From NCBI RefSeq assembly GCF_018350175.1, contig NC_058368.1, forward strand, positions 203,548,001 to 203,612,000: a DNA stretch of 64,000 nt. The letters are read 5' to 3'. Source of the DNA: Felis catus (lineage: Eukaryota). The notes below the pieces were generated by a model, which saw nothing but the letters and a program-made list of their open reading frames with translations, had not been told where the DNA came from and did not search any database. Numbering within the stretch: the stretch's first letter is position 1; each line of letters opens with the position of its first letter. This document shows, piece after piece, positions 10,581 to 23,823 of the stretch. Both the position numbers and the translations under genes were made by a program.

Positions 10581-12534
10581 AAGGCTCATCAACTACTAAT
10601 AATTCTGTCTGGAGGCATTTATACATCTGGAACATTAGACATCTGCGACAGCCCTGCCTCTATGGCACTGTGAATCATGATACTTTTTTGCCCCTTCACC
10701 ACTCCGTTATTTTCTCCTCTTTTTCTTATTTTCTTTTTTTCCCTTTTCCCTGATGTTCAAACCCGTTACATGTCATGTAGGCCAGGGAAACTCATCCATT
10801 ATCATTGCTCAGCATGCCATGTTATATTTGGAGCCAGCAGCCTAGACCTTTTTGGATGTTCAGCATCCAAATGCTGAGGAGTCTCTTCTCATTTTGAATC
10901 TGCACTGAATTCTCCCTTATCCCAGCACTCAGGCCAATCTCTTACAGCCTTGCCTTTAGTAAAACAGGCAAATCACAGATAAGCACCTTCTGCCAATGAA
11001 TGCTGATTGTCTGGTTATTCTGCATTTTCCTCCAGATTAAATATTCTATCTCCAATAACTCTCTTTGCAGGTTCATTTTGCCTTTGTTTTAAATTATTTT
11101 AGTACATGTAACACTTACTAGCTACTTTGCCAATTTCCCTACGTTTTGCCTTTGTCTGGACTCCTATGAGAGAAAGCGAAGCTGAATTAGGAAGTCCAAT
11201 AACTACTGCTCTTCTATTTTAGTCATCATTTATTTCAAAGAAGATGAATGCTAATCATAAAGGTCTTTACCATTTCTAACTTCCATGATTTCCCTTAAAA
11301 CACAGGGCTTCTCTGTATACCCCTGCCAAATGTAGCTTTGAAAAGTAAAACCTATTTTTCTCATTAATACTGGTGGTCAAGGGGGAAAAATATAAAATAC
11401 ACATGCATTTATACTCCAGGCTGACCAAATATAGAAATGCACATATATTTTTTAGAAAGATATTGAGATACCAACAGGAGTTAGAATTTGAATCAAGAGC
11501 ATACGTCTCACTTATTTCTTTTAAAGAAGAAACTTTTTGTACTGATTGCTGAATTAAATTTATTTTTATGATATGTAGAATCTGACTATATAAGCTAGAT
11601 TGGTCTGTTATAATAATTAAAAGTCAAGCTTCTTATAATTGGTTTCAAATTATATAGATACATAGATGTAAATAGATTTCCAAAGCCTAAATAGCTTTGA
11701 CTTATTGATAGAATTATTAAAAGAAAAATTAACATTTTGTAATATGGGCAAAATGATAACACATGATATGAATTTGTAAGCTATTTCTTATCTAAAGTGA
11801 AATAGCTTTACAATGCTATTATTAATAACAGTAAGTAAACCAGATTTCTAGGGCGTATTTTGGAACATCTCTGTAGAAGGGTATGATTCCACAAATATGA
11901 AAAAGAAAAGTGCTAAGGATGTTGATAAGATTATGGTATAAAAACTAGATCAACGAGACTACCGAAGTGCTTTAAAGCAGAAGCAAGAGGGATGGTAAAG
12001 AACATATGATCAGAATGTTAGAAGCCAGAGGAAAAGCAGGAGAAGCCACTGAGCATTTCGACAGACCGTGGAAGGGAGGAAGAGATGCTGGGCTAGAGTG
12101 ATGGAGACAAGGGTTCTGAACTCCCAGCAAAGAGATCAAGCTAATGAGTCGCTCTGCAAAAGGACGGACATGACGAGAAAGGTGTGAGGGAAATATAACC
12201 CAAGCCCTGGCATTTGACTGCATGTTAAATTAACTGAAATGAGAACCTGTGATCTAAAAGGAATCCCACAGAAGTAATCGCAGCCACGGTATCAAAGTAA
12301 GGAAGGCTAAATCCAGAATTCTTGCTAAGGAGGCAGCAGGATAGAGGGATTAAAAGTGTGGGCTTTGATGATGACAGGTATGGCCCTGGACTGAAAATGA
12401 ACTTTGGAGACACAAAAGTGGGTGTATTGGAGGCTTTGACCTGCCAGGGTGTATGACTTGGCAACTTGCCATCAGTAAAACAACAACATTAACAATACCT
12501 TCCTTTTTCCTATACCATAAAGATTAAATGAGAT

Positions 12535-12900
12535 TATTCATTCATTCAACAGAAATTGAGTGCCTGCTTTGTGTCAGATACTGTCTGACACATACATACA
12601 GTACTGAAAAAAGAGCCTGGTTTAGCTCTCAGAGAGCTTCACTCTAAAGACAGTGTCAAAAAAAAAAAAAATAGCTATGTGATGAAAACTTGGGGTAAAT
12701 GCTATGGAAGAAAGAAGGAGAGTACTCCAGAAGAAAATAATTGGAAACTATTCTAAATCTCATGGCTAAGAAGTCCTGGAAGGTGAGATGTGGGTGGAAG
12801 GAACAGCATGGGAGGGTTTGGTACCTCCTCCAAGAAGGACACAATAGGCACACTGAGCCTGGGGTTTGGGGAGAAGTTTGGAGAAGTCAGACGTAATGCA
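12535..12900 (-). mobile_element. L2 3' fragment (MIR remnant immediately upstream)
   Basis: TTCATTCATTCAACAGAAATTGAGTGCCTGCTTTGTGTCAG...CTCTCAGAGAGCTTCACTCTA, typical antisense L2 tail. Confidence 0.6.
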
Positions 12901-12973
12901 TGGAATAGCTTAATGGTGCCTGGTGCATAACAAGTCCTCATCAAATGGGTATTTTATAAAGAAAAAGTAAAGA

Positions 12974-13195
12974 GGGGCGCCTCGGTGGCTTGGTCAATTA
13001 AGCGTCCGACTTCGGCTCAGGTCATGATCTCACGGTCCGTGGGTTCGAGCCCCGCTTCGGGCTCTGCGTCCAGCTCAGAGCCTGGAGCCTGTTTCAGATT
13101 CTGTGTCTCCCTCTCTCTCTGCCCCTCCCCTGTTCATGCTCTGTCTCTCTCTGTCTCAAAAATAAATAAACGTTAAAAAAAATTTAAAAAAAAAA
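12974..13195 (+). mobile_element. Can-SINE (feline type)
   Basis: GGGGCGCCTCGGTGGC head, B box GGTTCGAGCCC, (CT)n, AATAAA, A tail. Confidence 0.95.
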
Positions 13196-14687
13196 GAAAA
13201 AGAGAATGCTTCCCTTTGTTGGAAGGGAAAGGGCTGGGAAACCAACTAGTTAGATTATTTGCTGAAGTTAGAATTTAAAATATTGGAATTAAAGAAAGAG
13301 GCAGGAATGAGGAATAAAATGACATTTTTAGAAAAGGAAATATTACAACATCTGAAATTATTTAAGGTTTGCAATTGTAGCATTCATAATGTTCTGAAGT
13401 GTGGGGGGCAAAGAGTAAAGTTCTGGTTTATTAAGAGACTACCAGCAGATATTTAAAAACTGAAGATAATTTGAGGAAAGAGCGAGGAGCTGAAAATAAG
13501 TAGAAGGTAACAAATGAGTTCAGGACATATTAGAAAAGAACAAATGGGAAAAGTAGGAATGAAACAGGTAACCAGAGATCGGAAGAAGACAGATTAGTGC
13601 ACAAGAGGCAAAAAAAGAAGTGACTCGATGTTTACATATTTCAAGACAAACTATGTTCCAAGTTATGATACGGTTTTAAACCAGGGTTATCACAGATGCT
13701 TAGCTCTCAGTAAATTCTGTATCTAAGGCTCTTGTTTCTCATCCCACGACAGTGACCTGTTTGGCCCATAGCTTTAAAGGGTTCACGACGTAGAGACAGA
13801 GACAGGAGATCTTCCCAAGGAGTTGGAAGATAATATAAGACAGTTTATACTAACCGCCAAAGAAGCAGAGCAGAAATTAAGTGAAAGGTAACCCAAGGGA
13901 TGCATGAATGACATGGGCAGTGTCGCACCAAGGATAAGGACTCCAGCTAGACACAGATAAAAAGAGAGGAGTAAGAACATCCTAAAAGAAGGCACAGAAG
14001 CATATGGGTGCAGAGCCTTACATGAAGTTTCCAGGTAATAACAGGCAGGCAAACAGCGTGGAACAGAGTTTACAGGCTGGGGGCTTACCTTATGAAACAC
14101 AAAGTGAAATACACTGGAACATGTTGTCATGTGAGAGGGAGGAATGTAAACACCCTTATATTTGAGAACTTAACTTTTCTGCTAAAATATTACATTAACA
14201 GTTTTCATTTAATATTGGCCTTATTTTACTTTTTAAAGGAAAAAAACAAACAGAAAGCAGAGATATATTTTAAAAGAGTATATAAATTACAGTATAATAG
14301 ACATAACCTACCCATATTGAAATTCTAGCTTGATCAGCAAAACAAACAAAAACCCAAAACTAATTTTATACTAGGGACACGGAGAAAGTAGTTCTTCTGA
14401 CCGATACCAAGTGGCATCATCTTTAGCATTCATCATTATTTAAAAATTTAAAATAGTCCCTTTGCAGAAGTTCCTAAAATATGCATAGCACGGGGTGGGG
14501 TTTTGTCATTTCTCAGCAGATTCCCAAAGGCAACTACTGAGGCCTCAACATTACTTGCTCCCATTGTATATTTTTCCTTGTCATTCCTAATTCTAAATTA
14601 TCTCAGATTTACTTGGTTTAGGTGATTAGGAAAAGAAACAAAGTAGATACAGGTCCTTCTCTTGCTCCTTCTCTTCTCTTATATACT

Positions 14688-14897
14688 TAAAAAAATTTTT
14701 TTAATGTTTATTTTTGAGAGAGAGAGAGAATATGAACAGGGGAGGGGCAGAGAGAGAGGGAGACACAGAATCTGAAGCAGGCTCCAGGCTTTCTGCTGTG
14801 AGCAGCGAGCCCAGTGTGGGGCTCGAACCCACCAACCATGAGATCATGACCTGAGCCAAAGTCAGACGCTTAGCCAACTGAGCCACCCAGGCACCCC
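14688..14897 (-). mobile_element. Can-SINE
   Basis: Ends GCCACCCAGGCACCCC; GGGCTCGAACC B box; (GA)n; T-rich tail. Confidence 0.93.
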
Positions 14898-14959
14898 AGT
14901 ACTTATGTATTTTTAAAACAAACAAGGAGTAGGACACAGGCAGTATGTATGCAGTCACA

Positions 14960-15165
14960 CCCATAATGAAGACCATCAGCTTTGGAGACAAACTTCTGGA
15001 TGTAGAATCAGGGTTCTAAAAGTGTATAGCTTTGTGGCCTTGGGCAAATTACTGGGTTGTGATCCTTGCAACTGTTAAGTAAAGATAATAATACCGCCCA
15101 CCTCATCACTGTTGGAAGGATGAGCTTGTAAACTTGCAACTGAGATTATAAATGTGAAAGTCTCA
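14960..15165 (+). mobile_element. MIR fragment
   Basis: GCTTTGGAGACAAAC...GCTTTGTGGCCTTGGGCAAATTACT...GATAATAATACC. Confidence 0.55.
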
Positions 15166-15170
15166 ATACC

Positions 15171-15257
15171 GGGCACAGAGTCCGACATGGGGCTCCACAT
15201 GACCTGAGCCGAAATCAAGAGTCAGACCCTTAACTGACTGAGCCACCCAGGTGTCCC
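15171..15257 (-). mobile_element. Truncated Can-SINE (tRNA-derived head only)
   Basis: CATGACCTGAGCCGAAATCAAGAGTCAGACCCTTAACTGACTGAGCCACCCAGGTGTCCC; no CT region or tail. Confidence 0.85.
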
Positions 15258-15699
15258 TTAATTATCCCATATTCTGAAAGGATCCCTAAGCCATGGCCTA
15301 ATATAAAATTAGACAGGAAATTGATATCATACTGTTTTACTTCATTTTATAGTTTATGAAGTATTTTAATGTTTTCATGAATTGATTCTTGGAAAATGTC
15401 CATAAAATGGGTAAAATAGTCATTGTAATTCCCAAACTATATTTAGGTGAGAAAATTGAGTCCAAAAGTTATGGTGCCAGGCTCAAGTTGGATAGTTAGC
15501 ATAAGTGAGTCAGGATTCAAACTTAGGCCAGTCTTAGCAAAGGTGACCTTCATCTTCTAACTTGGTTTCCCAGGAACAGTCTCAGATGTGCCTCTTGCTC
15601 TGGCATATTATTAATAGCACCCTATTCACTCTCCAGGTCTCACATGACAAAATCACCCTTAACCAACTTGGTCTGTGTAAGGCACAAATCTACACAAGT

Positions 15700-16180
15700 C
15701 AGTTCCCTATTAAATACTTGAATTTCTTCCTAGTGTCCTTAGAATAAGATCCGTATTCCTCAGCATGTCATGTAAGGCCCTCAGTATTTGTTCCCTACTG
15801 ACTACTCACCCCATTTCTTACTATTTCCCATTATAGATACACTGAGTTGATGTTAGTTCTAGAACACGCCTTGACCCCTCATGTCCAGACCCTGCACACA
15901 TTACTAGGTCTGACTGGAGTGATGTTTCTATCTTTGCTCCTTGTACTTCTTCCTTTCAACTTTCTATTGGATGTCATCTCTAGGAAGCCTTCCTGAACAC
16001 TTCCCAAACACCTTGTCTCTGGTATTTTAACACAGTCCCACACTTGATTACTTTACCCATCTAGTTTCCTCTTACACAGAAAACTTACTGAAGGGTAAGG
16101 ACTATATACATCATATTGACCTTTGCATCCAAGCCCTTAATACAGAGTCTCACCTATAATTGGTCCTTTCTATATTATTT
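15700..16180 (+). mobile_element. L2 3' fragment
   Basis: ...GTCATCTCTAGGAAGCCTTCCTGA...AACTTACTGAAGGGTAAGGACTAT..., degenerate L2 3' pattern. Confidence 0.55.
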
Positions 16181-16331
16181 ACCAGGTAAATTGTTTTTAA
16201 CTGCATATCCTTGATCCAAGTCACTTAGACTTTTTGGTTCAGTCACTTGGTCTGGAAAGTATGATTAATATGCCACCTACCTAAAAACATGTGGTTGAAG
16301 TAAATTATCTTTTAAAACTACATTAGGTTCT

Positions 16332-16552
16332 GGGGCGCCTGGGTGGCTCAGTCGGTTAAGCGGCCGACTTCGGCTCAGGTCATGATCTCGCGGTCCGTGA
16401 GTTCAAGCCCTGCATCGGGCTCTGTGCTGACAGCTCGGAGCCTGGAGCCTGTTTCCGATTCTGTGTCTCCCTCTCTCTGACCCTCCCCCGTTCATGCTCT
16501 GTCTCTCTCTGTCTCAAAAATAAATAAACGTTAAAAAAAATTAAAAAAAAAA
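16332..16552 (+). mobile_element. Can-SINE, young
   Basis: Full length; perfect 18-bp TSD AAAACTACATTAGGTTCT at 16314-16331 and 16553-16570. Confidence 0.97.
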
Positions 16553-17111
16553 AAAACTACATTAGGTTCTAAGTTCCACAGTTCTGAGAACTTGAAAATG
16601 TTAGGGCCATCATTACTTAACTGAATGTTAAGAACTTAAAGTCATACCAACTACTGAATGGAAATATTGTGTAATCCCTGAAATGGATTGTTTCCCATAT
16701 TTCTCCAGTTTTCCTAAGATTACTATTGACTATGATCAGTGGATATAAGTGACGACTGCTCTCTTTTAAAATTGATGCTGGTTGTGACACAGTTTTGGTT
16801 TCAGAGTTATAGTTGGATTCTGGAGTAATTTAGTACCAATTAAGAAATAATCAATTCTTGGTAATTCATTTATAGAAGAAGAGTGTATACACTATGAACA
16901 GTGGCAGAACATATGGTTCATAGTCTTGGTCATGTCACAACATTTACTGTGCAACCTTAGGCATGCCATTTACTTTAACTTGACCTTGGACCCTAATCTA
17001 TGAAATGAGTGAATTGAACTAAATTAGTACTAAAATGTTTTTATTCAAGATACTCATTTCCTAGATTAAGGACCAAATTCCACAAGCGTACCTATATTAG
17101 GAGATATCAAC

Positions 17112-17638
17112 CATGATATGCTGAATGATAGCCACCCAAAGGTATTAAATCCTAATCCCTAGAGCCTGTGAATGTTACTTTTTATGACAAAGTTTCTGCA
17201 GGTAGATTAAGTTACGGGTTCGTAGATGAAGAGATCATCCTGCATTCTCCAGGTGGGCTTTCCACCCACCTGTTGTTATAACAACATTTGTCACTTGTTG
17301 TTATTATAAGACAGAGACAGAGGGAGTTTAGACACACACACAGAAGACAGTTTGGTGACAGAAGCAGAGAAAGAGAGACTTAAAGATGTGATGCTTTGGT
17401 TTTGAAGACAATGAAGGAGCCACAAGCCAAGGAATGTCACTGTAGAAGCTGGAGAGGAGAGAAACAGATTCTCCCCCAGAGCCTCTGGAAGAAGCTTGGC
17501 CATTCTGACACCTTCATTTGAGCCCAGTAAAATGGATATTGGGCCTCTGCTCTCCAGGACTATGAGAGAACCAATTTCTATTGCAGTAAGACACAACTTT
17601 GTGGCAATTTGTTACAGCAGCCAAAGAAAACAAATACA
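17112..17638 (+). mobile_element. MLT1 (MLT1D-like, ERVL-MaLR) 5' LTR
   Basis: ...TGCTGAATGATAGCCACCCAAAG...CCTAATCCCTAGAGCCTGTGAATGTTAC ... GTTACAGCAGCCAAAGAAAACAAATACA. Confidence 0.85.
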
Positions 17639-18785
17639 GATTTTGATACCTCAGCATACGGTGGAAGGGACTTTGGAATTGGATTGTGATAGGCAGGAAG
17701 AATTTTGAGACACATGATGGAAAAAGCTTAGATGGTCTGAAACAGACTTCTGGTAGAAATACAATGAAAGCACTCTGGTGAGGGCTCAGAAGGAAGTAAA
17801 GAGCACAGAAGAGAAAGCCTGTGTTATCTTAGAGAACGCATATATCCTCATAAAGAGGATACTGGTAGAAATACGAAGATTAAACTTGATTCTGGGGCAC
17901 CTGGGTGGCTCAGTCTGTTAAATGTCAGACTTCAGCTCGGGTCATGATCTCACGGTTAGTAAATTTGAGCCCTACATGGGGCTCTGTGCTGACGGTGTGG
18001 GGCCTGCTTGGGATTCTCCCTCTCTCTCTGCCCCTTCCGTGCTCTCTCTCTCTCTAAAAAATAAATAAATAAATTTTAAAAAATAAATAAAAAATAAAAG
18101 TGATTCTTACGACAGCTAGAGGGAACAGGGAGCATGTTATTGGAGCCAGAGGAAAGACTGTCCCTGTTATATAGTGGCAGACACTTAGCTGAGCTGTGTT
18201 TAATAGTCGTGTGGGAAGCAGAACTTGTATGTGGTGAACTTGGAAATGTAACTGTGGGGAATTCCAAGAAAAATGTTGAAGGTGCAGCCTGATTTCTTCT
18301 TGCTGCTTTGAGTAAAATGTGAGAAGAAAGAAATAAAGTGAAGAAAGAACTGTTAAGCAAAACAGAACCAGCACTCAACGATCTGGGAAATTCTCAGCCT
18401 ATCCAGATTGCAAAAGATGCTAAATTAGGAGGTACACTGCTAAGGAAGTGTGCTGTGAAGACAAAGCCAAGGGTGTGGCTGAATAGCTTGAATCTAGTGC
18501 CGGAGAGATGAGGCACTTGACTGATCCGTTCCTTCAGCCGTCTCAACAGAAGCTAGGAATAGAGATTATAAAAGCAAGACCTGAGGAGGACCCTGTGACT
18601 ACTGGCATGAATGCCTATGACATACACAGGAGACTCACAAAGTTCTTGAGAATGCCGCATCGGCAGAAACACTGCCAGCGTGGACTGAAAGAGAGCTGAT
18701 AAATGAAGGAAAGCTGTCTGACTCCCACAGTTGTACAGGCAGGAAACAGACAGATAAAACTATTCAGCTACAAATACATGCTAGC

Positions 18786-18817
<32 letters not shown>

Positions 18818-19340
18818 GGATCACCAGGATCACCGTGAGGGAAGAGCCTTGGGCACAGAGAGTACAACCATAGGTGCAGAGGCAGAGACTAACCACAGGC
18901 CCAGAGCCAGGACCCTCAAGCCACAGAGGACTATTCCGAGGTGCTGAAATCTACTGGCAGTTGTCCTGCTAGATTTTGAAACTGGTTGAGACTGTTGACG
19001 CTTTTCTTCCTTCCACGTTTGCTTTTTGGCAATGCAAATGTCTGTAACTGGTGTACTATGCCTGTCCCAACTGTATTTTGGGAACAGATATTTTCTAGTT
19101 TTACAGATTCAGAGGTATAGGGGAATTCTGCCCCAAGAAGGCTCATACCCAGAGTCTATTCACACCTGATTTAGATTATGTAGATGATGAGACTTGGGAT
19201 TTCTTAAAAGATGATATTTAAATGAGATTTTGGACTGGAGTTTATGTTGGGTGTGAAGTTTGGGGGGTGTTGGGATAGGATGAATGTAGTTTATTTTACA
19301 TAAGAGGTGCATGTGAATTTTGCAGGTCTAGAAGATGGAC
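17639..19340 (+). mobile_element. MLT1 internal region (decayed), interrupted by a Can-SINE
   Basis: Begins GATTTTGATACC directly after the LTR's terminal CA. Ends with a purine-rich tract ...GGTCTAGAAGATGGAC abutting the second LTR. Confidence 0.8.
17894..18095 (+). mobile_element. Can-SINE nested in the MLT1 internal region
   Basis: GGGGCACCTGGGTGGCTCAG head, CT-rich region, A tail; degenerate TSD ...TGATTCT. Confidence 0.92.
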
Positions 19341-20101
19341 TATAGTATGCTGAATAATGGTCATCTAAAGATACTGGGTCCTAACCCTTGGAACCTCTGG
19401 ATGTTATCAAATGTAGTAAAGTTCCACAGTTGTGGTTAAGTCAAGTGTTTTGAGATGAGGAGATTATCCTGAATTATTCAAGTAGGCCCTAAATACCATC
19501 ACAAATGTCTTTATAAAATAGAGGCAGAGTGGGGCGCCTGGGTGGCGCAGTCGGTTAAGCGTCCGACTTCAGCCAGGTCACGACCTCGCGGTCCGTGAGT
19601 TCGAGCCCCGCGTCGGGCTCTGGGCTGATGGCTCAGAGCCTGGAGGCTGCTTCCGATTCTGTGTCTCCCTCTCTCTCTGCCCCTACCCCGTTCATGCTCT
19701 GTCTCTCTCTGTCTCAAAAATAAATAAACGTTAAAAAAAATTAAAAAAAAAAAATAGAGGCAGAGGGAGATTAGACATAAACCCAGAAGGCAGAGCGTGA
19801 TCTAATGACTGAAGCAGAGAAGGGATTTCAAGATGCTATACTATTGGCTTTGAATCTGAAGGAAGGACCATGAGCCAAGGAACGTGGCTCAAGAATCTGG
19901 AAGTGACAATGAATAGTTTCTCTATTTCTAGTTTCTCTAGAGAGCTTTCAGAGGAAATGTGGCCCTGCCAACATTTTTACTTCAGCCCAGTGACACTGAT
20001 ATTGGACTTCTGACCCCCGGAACTGTGAGAAAATAAATTTCTGTTGTTTTAAGCCACCAACTTTGGGGTAATTGTTACAGCATCCCTAAGAAACTAATAC
20101 A
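19341..20101 (+). mobile_element. MLT1 3' LTR, split by a Can-SINE
   Basis: TATAGTATGCTGAATAATGG...CCTAACCCTTGGAACC ... AATAAATTTCTGTTGTTTTAAGCCACC...GAAACTAATACA; collinear with the 5' LTR. Confidence 0.88.
19531..19750 (+). mobile_element. Can-SINE, young SINEC_Fc-like
   Basis: CpG-rich body; TSD AAAATAGAGGCAGAG at 19515-19529 and 19751-19765. Confidence 0.97.
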
Positions 20102-21194
20102 GCCGCCTATGACAGTTCTATGTGACTCACATTAAGGATAATTGGACGAAAATAATATTTTGCCATGGAAAGTACTAAGCATGGACTCAGATGTAAGTTC
20201 AAACACTTTGTCTACCTCCTGGGTGTCTGGATTCTTCGTCTGATCCGTGAAGATTAGAATAATTTCTGTAAAAATATCTAGCCAAATATCAAGCTTATAA
20301 TAGAACCTTAAATTTTAATTGAGTCTAAATTGATGCTGAGTTTCAGTGACTATATATCTGTAAAACATTGTTTAAAAAATATAGTTTATTTGCACCTAGT
20401 ACCTTCTTTGCTGGGCACTACCAGAGCAAAGGAAGGGCTTTGATTCTCTGATGCAGAACCTGGCTGTACCTGTGGTCTGATTTTCCACTGGGTTGTAAAT
20501 TCAATCCGGATCCAGAAGTATCTGTTCTCTTCCTCCTCACTGGTCCAGAAGCCACATTCCTGAACGTGCATGCTATACCCATATTTTTTCAACTGAAAGA
20601 GGCCCTTTTAGAGTTAAAGGTGATAGAAGATCTATTTAATAAATGGATAATTAATACGATTAAAATGTAAGCAAGTGGTACTTTCCAAAGTATTTCAATG
20701 TCTATGTTGAAGTTCCATTTGCTCTCTTTGAAACTATATCCCACATGCTCTATCCTCCGTCACTGCGGATAAAATTCACATAACACCCTAGTTTAAACTT
20801 TTCACTTTGCAAAATGTTTCCATAATGGTACAACTCTCCTAAAATTTATTATCACAGCTGTTTAGATCACCTAAAATTTTAAAGCCTGGGAAAAAAAGCA
20901 TGAGTCTAAAACTGACATTTCCTCTTACAGAAAATTAGTTTCTCTCACAGCAACAGGGGCTATGGAGTTTTAGACAGTAGATAAATGTTTTGTTGTCATG
21001 TCTTAGGGTAACGGGCTTTTATCCCAAGCTGAGGCGGACAGTGACATCTCCTAGGTTGGAATGTTATGGGGCTCACTCCTTTTTCTCCTTTGCACTAACT
21101 GTTAACTGAGTGCTGGACCTGTAATAATTTGAGAAGAGAGGTAATGGTGGTGATTTGGGGGAAAAGTGGGTGCAATTAGGAATAGGACTCTTCT

Positions 21195-21424
21195 GGGGCG
21201 CCTGGGTGGCACAGTTGGTTAAGCGTCCGACTTCAGCCAGGTCACAATCTCGCGGTCCTTGAGTTCGAGCCCCGCGTCAGGCTCTGGGCTGATGGCTCAG
21301 AGCCTGGAGCCTGTTTCCGATTCTGTGTCTCCCTCTCTCTCTGCCCCTCCCCCGTTCATGCTCTGTCTCTCTCTGTCCCAAAAATAAATAAACGTTGGGA
21401 AAAAAAAATTAAAAAAAAAAAAAA
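21195..21424 (+). mobile_element. Can-SINE, young SINEC_Fc-like
   Basis: Perfect TSD AGGAATAGGACTCTTCT at 21178-21194 and 21425-21441. Confidence 0.97.
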
Positions 21425-21778
21425 AGGAATAGGACTCTTCTGCAAGGGAACTGGATAAAAGATCTGATCCACGATTATCTTGAGCACAATGAGCATGCTA
21501 GTGGTCACGGTCAATCTTACCATCCTTGGTGCCATTCAAAGATTGTAACTTACAGTCTCTGAGACCAGGTAAATCGCACAGGTCCATGTAAATCCACACT
21601 TCTGAAACATTTTTAGCAATAGAATGGTTGTTTGTGAGTTATGGCTTGAGAGGCAGCCCCTACCTATTTCTCTTAAAAAATAAGATTCCTTCTAATAAGT
21701 ATACAGAAAAGACATTTGGGGAAAAGAGAGCGAGAGAGAGAGGCCAGATTATAATAGCTAATAAGAATAGACAATGCC

Positions 21779-21979
21779 AAGTATTTCTCAGAGTTGGGCC
21801 CCTGGGCCACATGATCAGAATAAACTAGGGTGCTTGCTCCAAATACAAATGACAAGAGTCCTGTTTCAGAAGCGCTGCACGGGGGAAGAGGAGACTGATA
21901 AGAGGTATACACACAGGCATCCGAACTTTAATAAACACCTCAAGCAATTCTCAATGCCAACAAACCTCTGAGAAACAAC
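21779..21979. mobile_element. MER5A-like hAT DNA transposon relic
   Basis: Termini ...TTTCTCAGAGT and CTCTGAGAAAC; internal ATCAGAAT...GGGTGCTTG, TTTAATAAACACCTCAAGCAATTCT. Confidence 0.55.
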
Positions 21980-23595
21980 GAAATTAAGGTAAGCGTGGAG
22001 GTGATGAGATGAAAGGCCAAAGGTGTTCTGAGCTTGGAATAATCCAAAAAACTTGGCAGAATGGATTTAATACACATACTCCATGTCTGCATATTTTCCA
22101 TTTTTGCACATAATCTGGAAATGGGGAAAGTGCCAGTGTATTTTGCAAAGAGGAAGTAATTTTAAAAGTGAGTTAAAACATATGCTAAAGTGTAAATACT
22201 CTTTCACCGGTGGAAGATATTGATACATCTGAGATTAGGTCAGTTTACAGCTCCCTACTGTAAAGTGCATGGGTCGTGTATGCCAAATCTGGGGTGAAGG
22301 GAGCAGAGACGTGACCTCCCCGCGCCCCACCCCCGACCGCCGTCTACAGCTGCCTGTTTTCGCCCAATGTCAGGGTGCTCTGCGGCTGCTACTTATGAGG
22401 AAGAGCTGGGGGTGCACACCTCATGACAGTTGTGCAAAACAAACTTTTACAGATTCAGGGTTCCTTCCCACTTGTTTTGCTGTGATTGGTTAAGCCACAG
22501 GAATCTGTGACCAAGCACCTCTATCCCAAGAGGGTTAGCAAGAACATAAACCTCAAAGTGATCCACTTCCAAAGCTAGAATCCTGAAAAAGCGATACAGA
22601 TGACATTCTGTAGTTTCCCGGAAACAATCTTTCAAACTCCAGCAGCTCTTTAATGGTTTCGGCATTATTGAGAGGAATTCCTCTTTGTTGTGAGGTTCTC
22701 TTTCTTTCACTTGTTGAAATGATTTGAGCATCAGTTCCTGTATATGACCCTTTTTTCAGATGAATCGGACTGGCAGACACTATGGTGAAGGCTGTGGAAT
22801 GTCCACCTTGTGCTTCATGAATATGCAAATGATAGGCTCCCTTCTGGCTCAGTGACATGTCTTTATACCTACAAAAGACCAGATTTACAGCCCAAATAAC
22901 TTATAGAATGTCTCTTGTGAAGTCACAGGGAATATGAATCTGAAAATGTTAATTTCAAAAAAAAAAAGTCAACAATTAGCATACCCTCTGATGGATCTTT
23001 TTTCCCATGTTTCTTTCTTCTTGTATTTTTTTTCTTTGTACTGTGAAGGCTTTGAAGGCATTTAATAAGATTAGTCAGAATATAGTCATCTGAGTTTAGC
23101 TATATGTAACCACTGACACTGGCTATAATTTATTAATCTGAGATGGTTATTGTACTGACCAACCCAAAGTAGTGTGGTTGGGTTTTTCACAATCCAAAAA
23201 AACTTCACAGGGTTTTAAATTATTTGTTATGTCCTGATGTGCTATACGAAGTGCCTGGCCAAAGGTGTTTTTGCCCTAATGTCTTATGCTCCAAAGAAGG
23301 CATCAAATTTTTTCAACTTTTAAAAAAATCTCAAATTGAACACTGTTGATTTTATTCATCAGAAAAGTGCCACCCATAAGTTGTCATATTATTTTCCATT
23401 TTGATGACAAGGATTATAGAATAAGAGCATGTTGTTCGGGACCTTCCCACCATCCCATGGCCATATTCAGTGACTGACACTTTAATTGAAGTAAAAAGTT
23501 TTCAATTGCAGTAAAGTAATAGTGACATTTTGTGATGCAGCAAAACCAGAAAGATACTAGAAAAAGAAAAACAACTGAGGAAAAGTTGTATTCTT

Positions 23596-23823
23596 TTTTT
23601 TTTTTTTAATTTTTTTTTCTCAACGTTTATTTATTTTTGGGACAGAGAGAGACAGAGCATGAATGGGGGAGGGGCAGAGAGAGAGGGAGACACAGAATCG
23701 GAAACAGGCTCCAGGCTCTGAGCCATCAGCCCAGAGCCTGACGCGGGGCTCGAACTCCCGGACCGAGAGATCGTGACCTGGCTGAAGTCAGACGCTTAAC
23801 CGACTGCGCCACTCAGGCGCCCC
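23596..23823 (-). mobile_element. Can-SINE, young SINEC_Fc-like
   Basis: Reverse complement of the young type; TSD TGTATTCTT at 23587-23595 and 23825-23833. Confidence 0.97.

Noticed and set aside
12974..13060. tRNA-like A/B boxes
   Set aside because: tRNA-derived SINE heads, not tRNA genes.
18789..18833. A26 run followed by CAGGATCAC x2 as a retrocopy tail
   Set aside because: No upstream mRNA-like body or enclosing TSD; more likely slippage within the MLT1 internal region.
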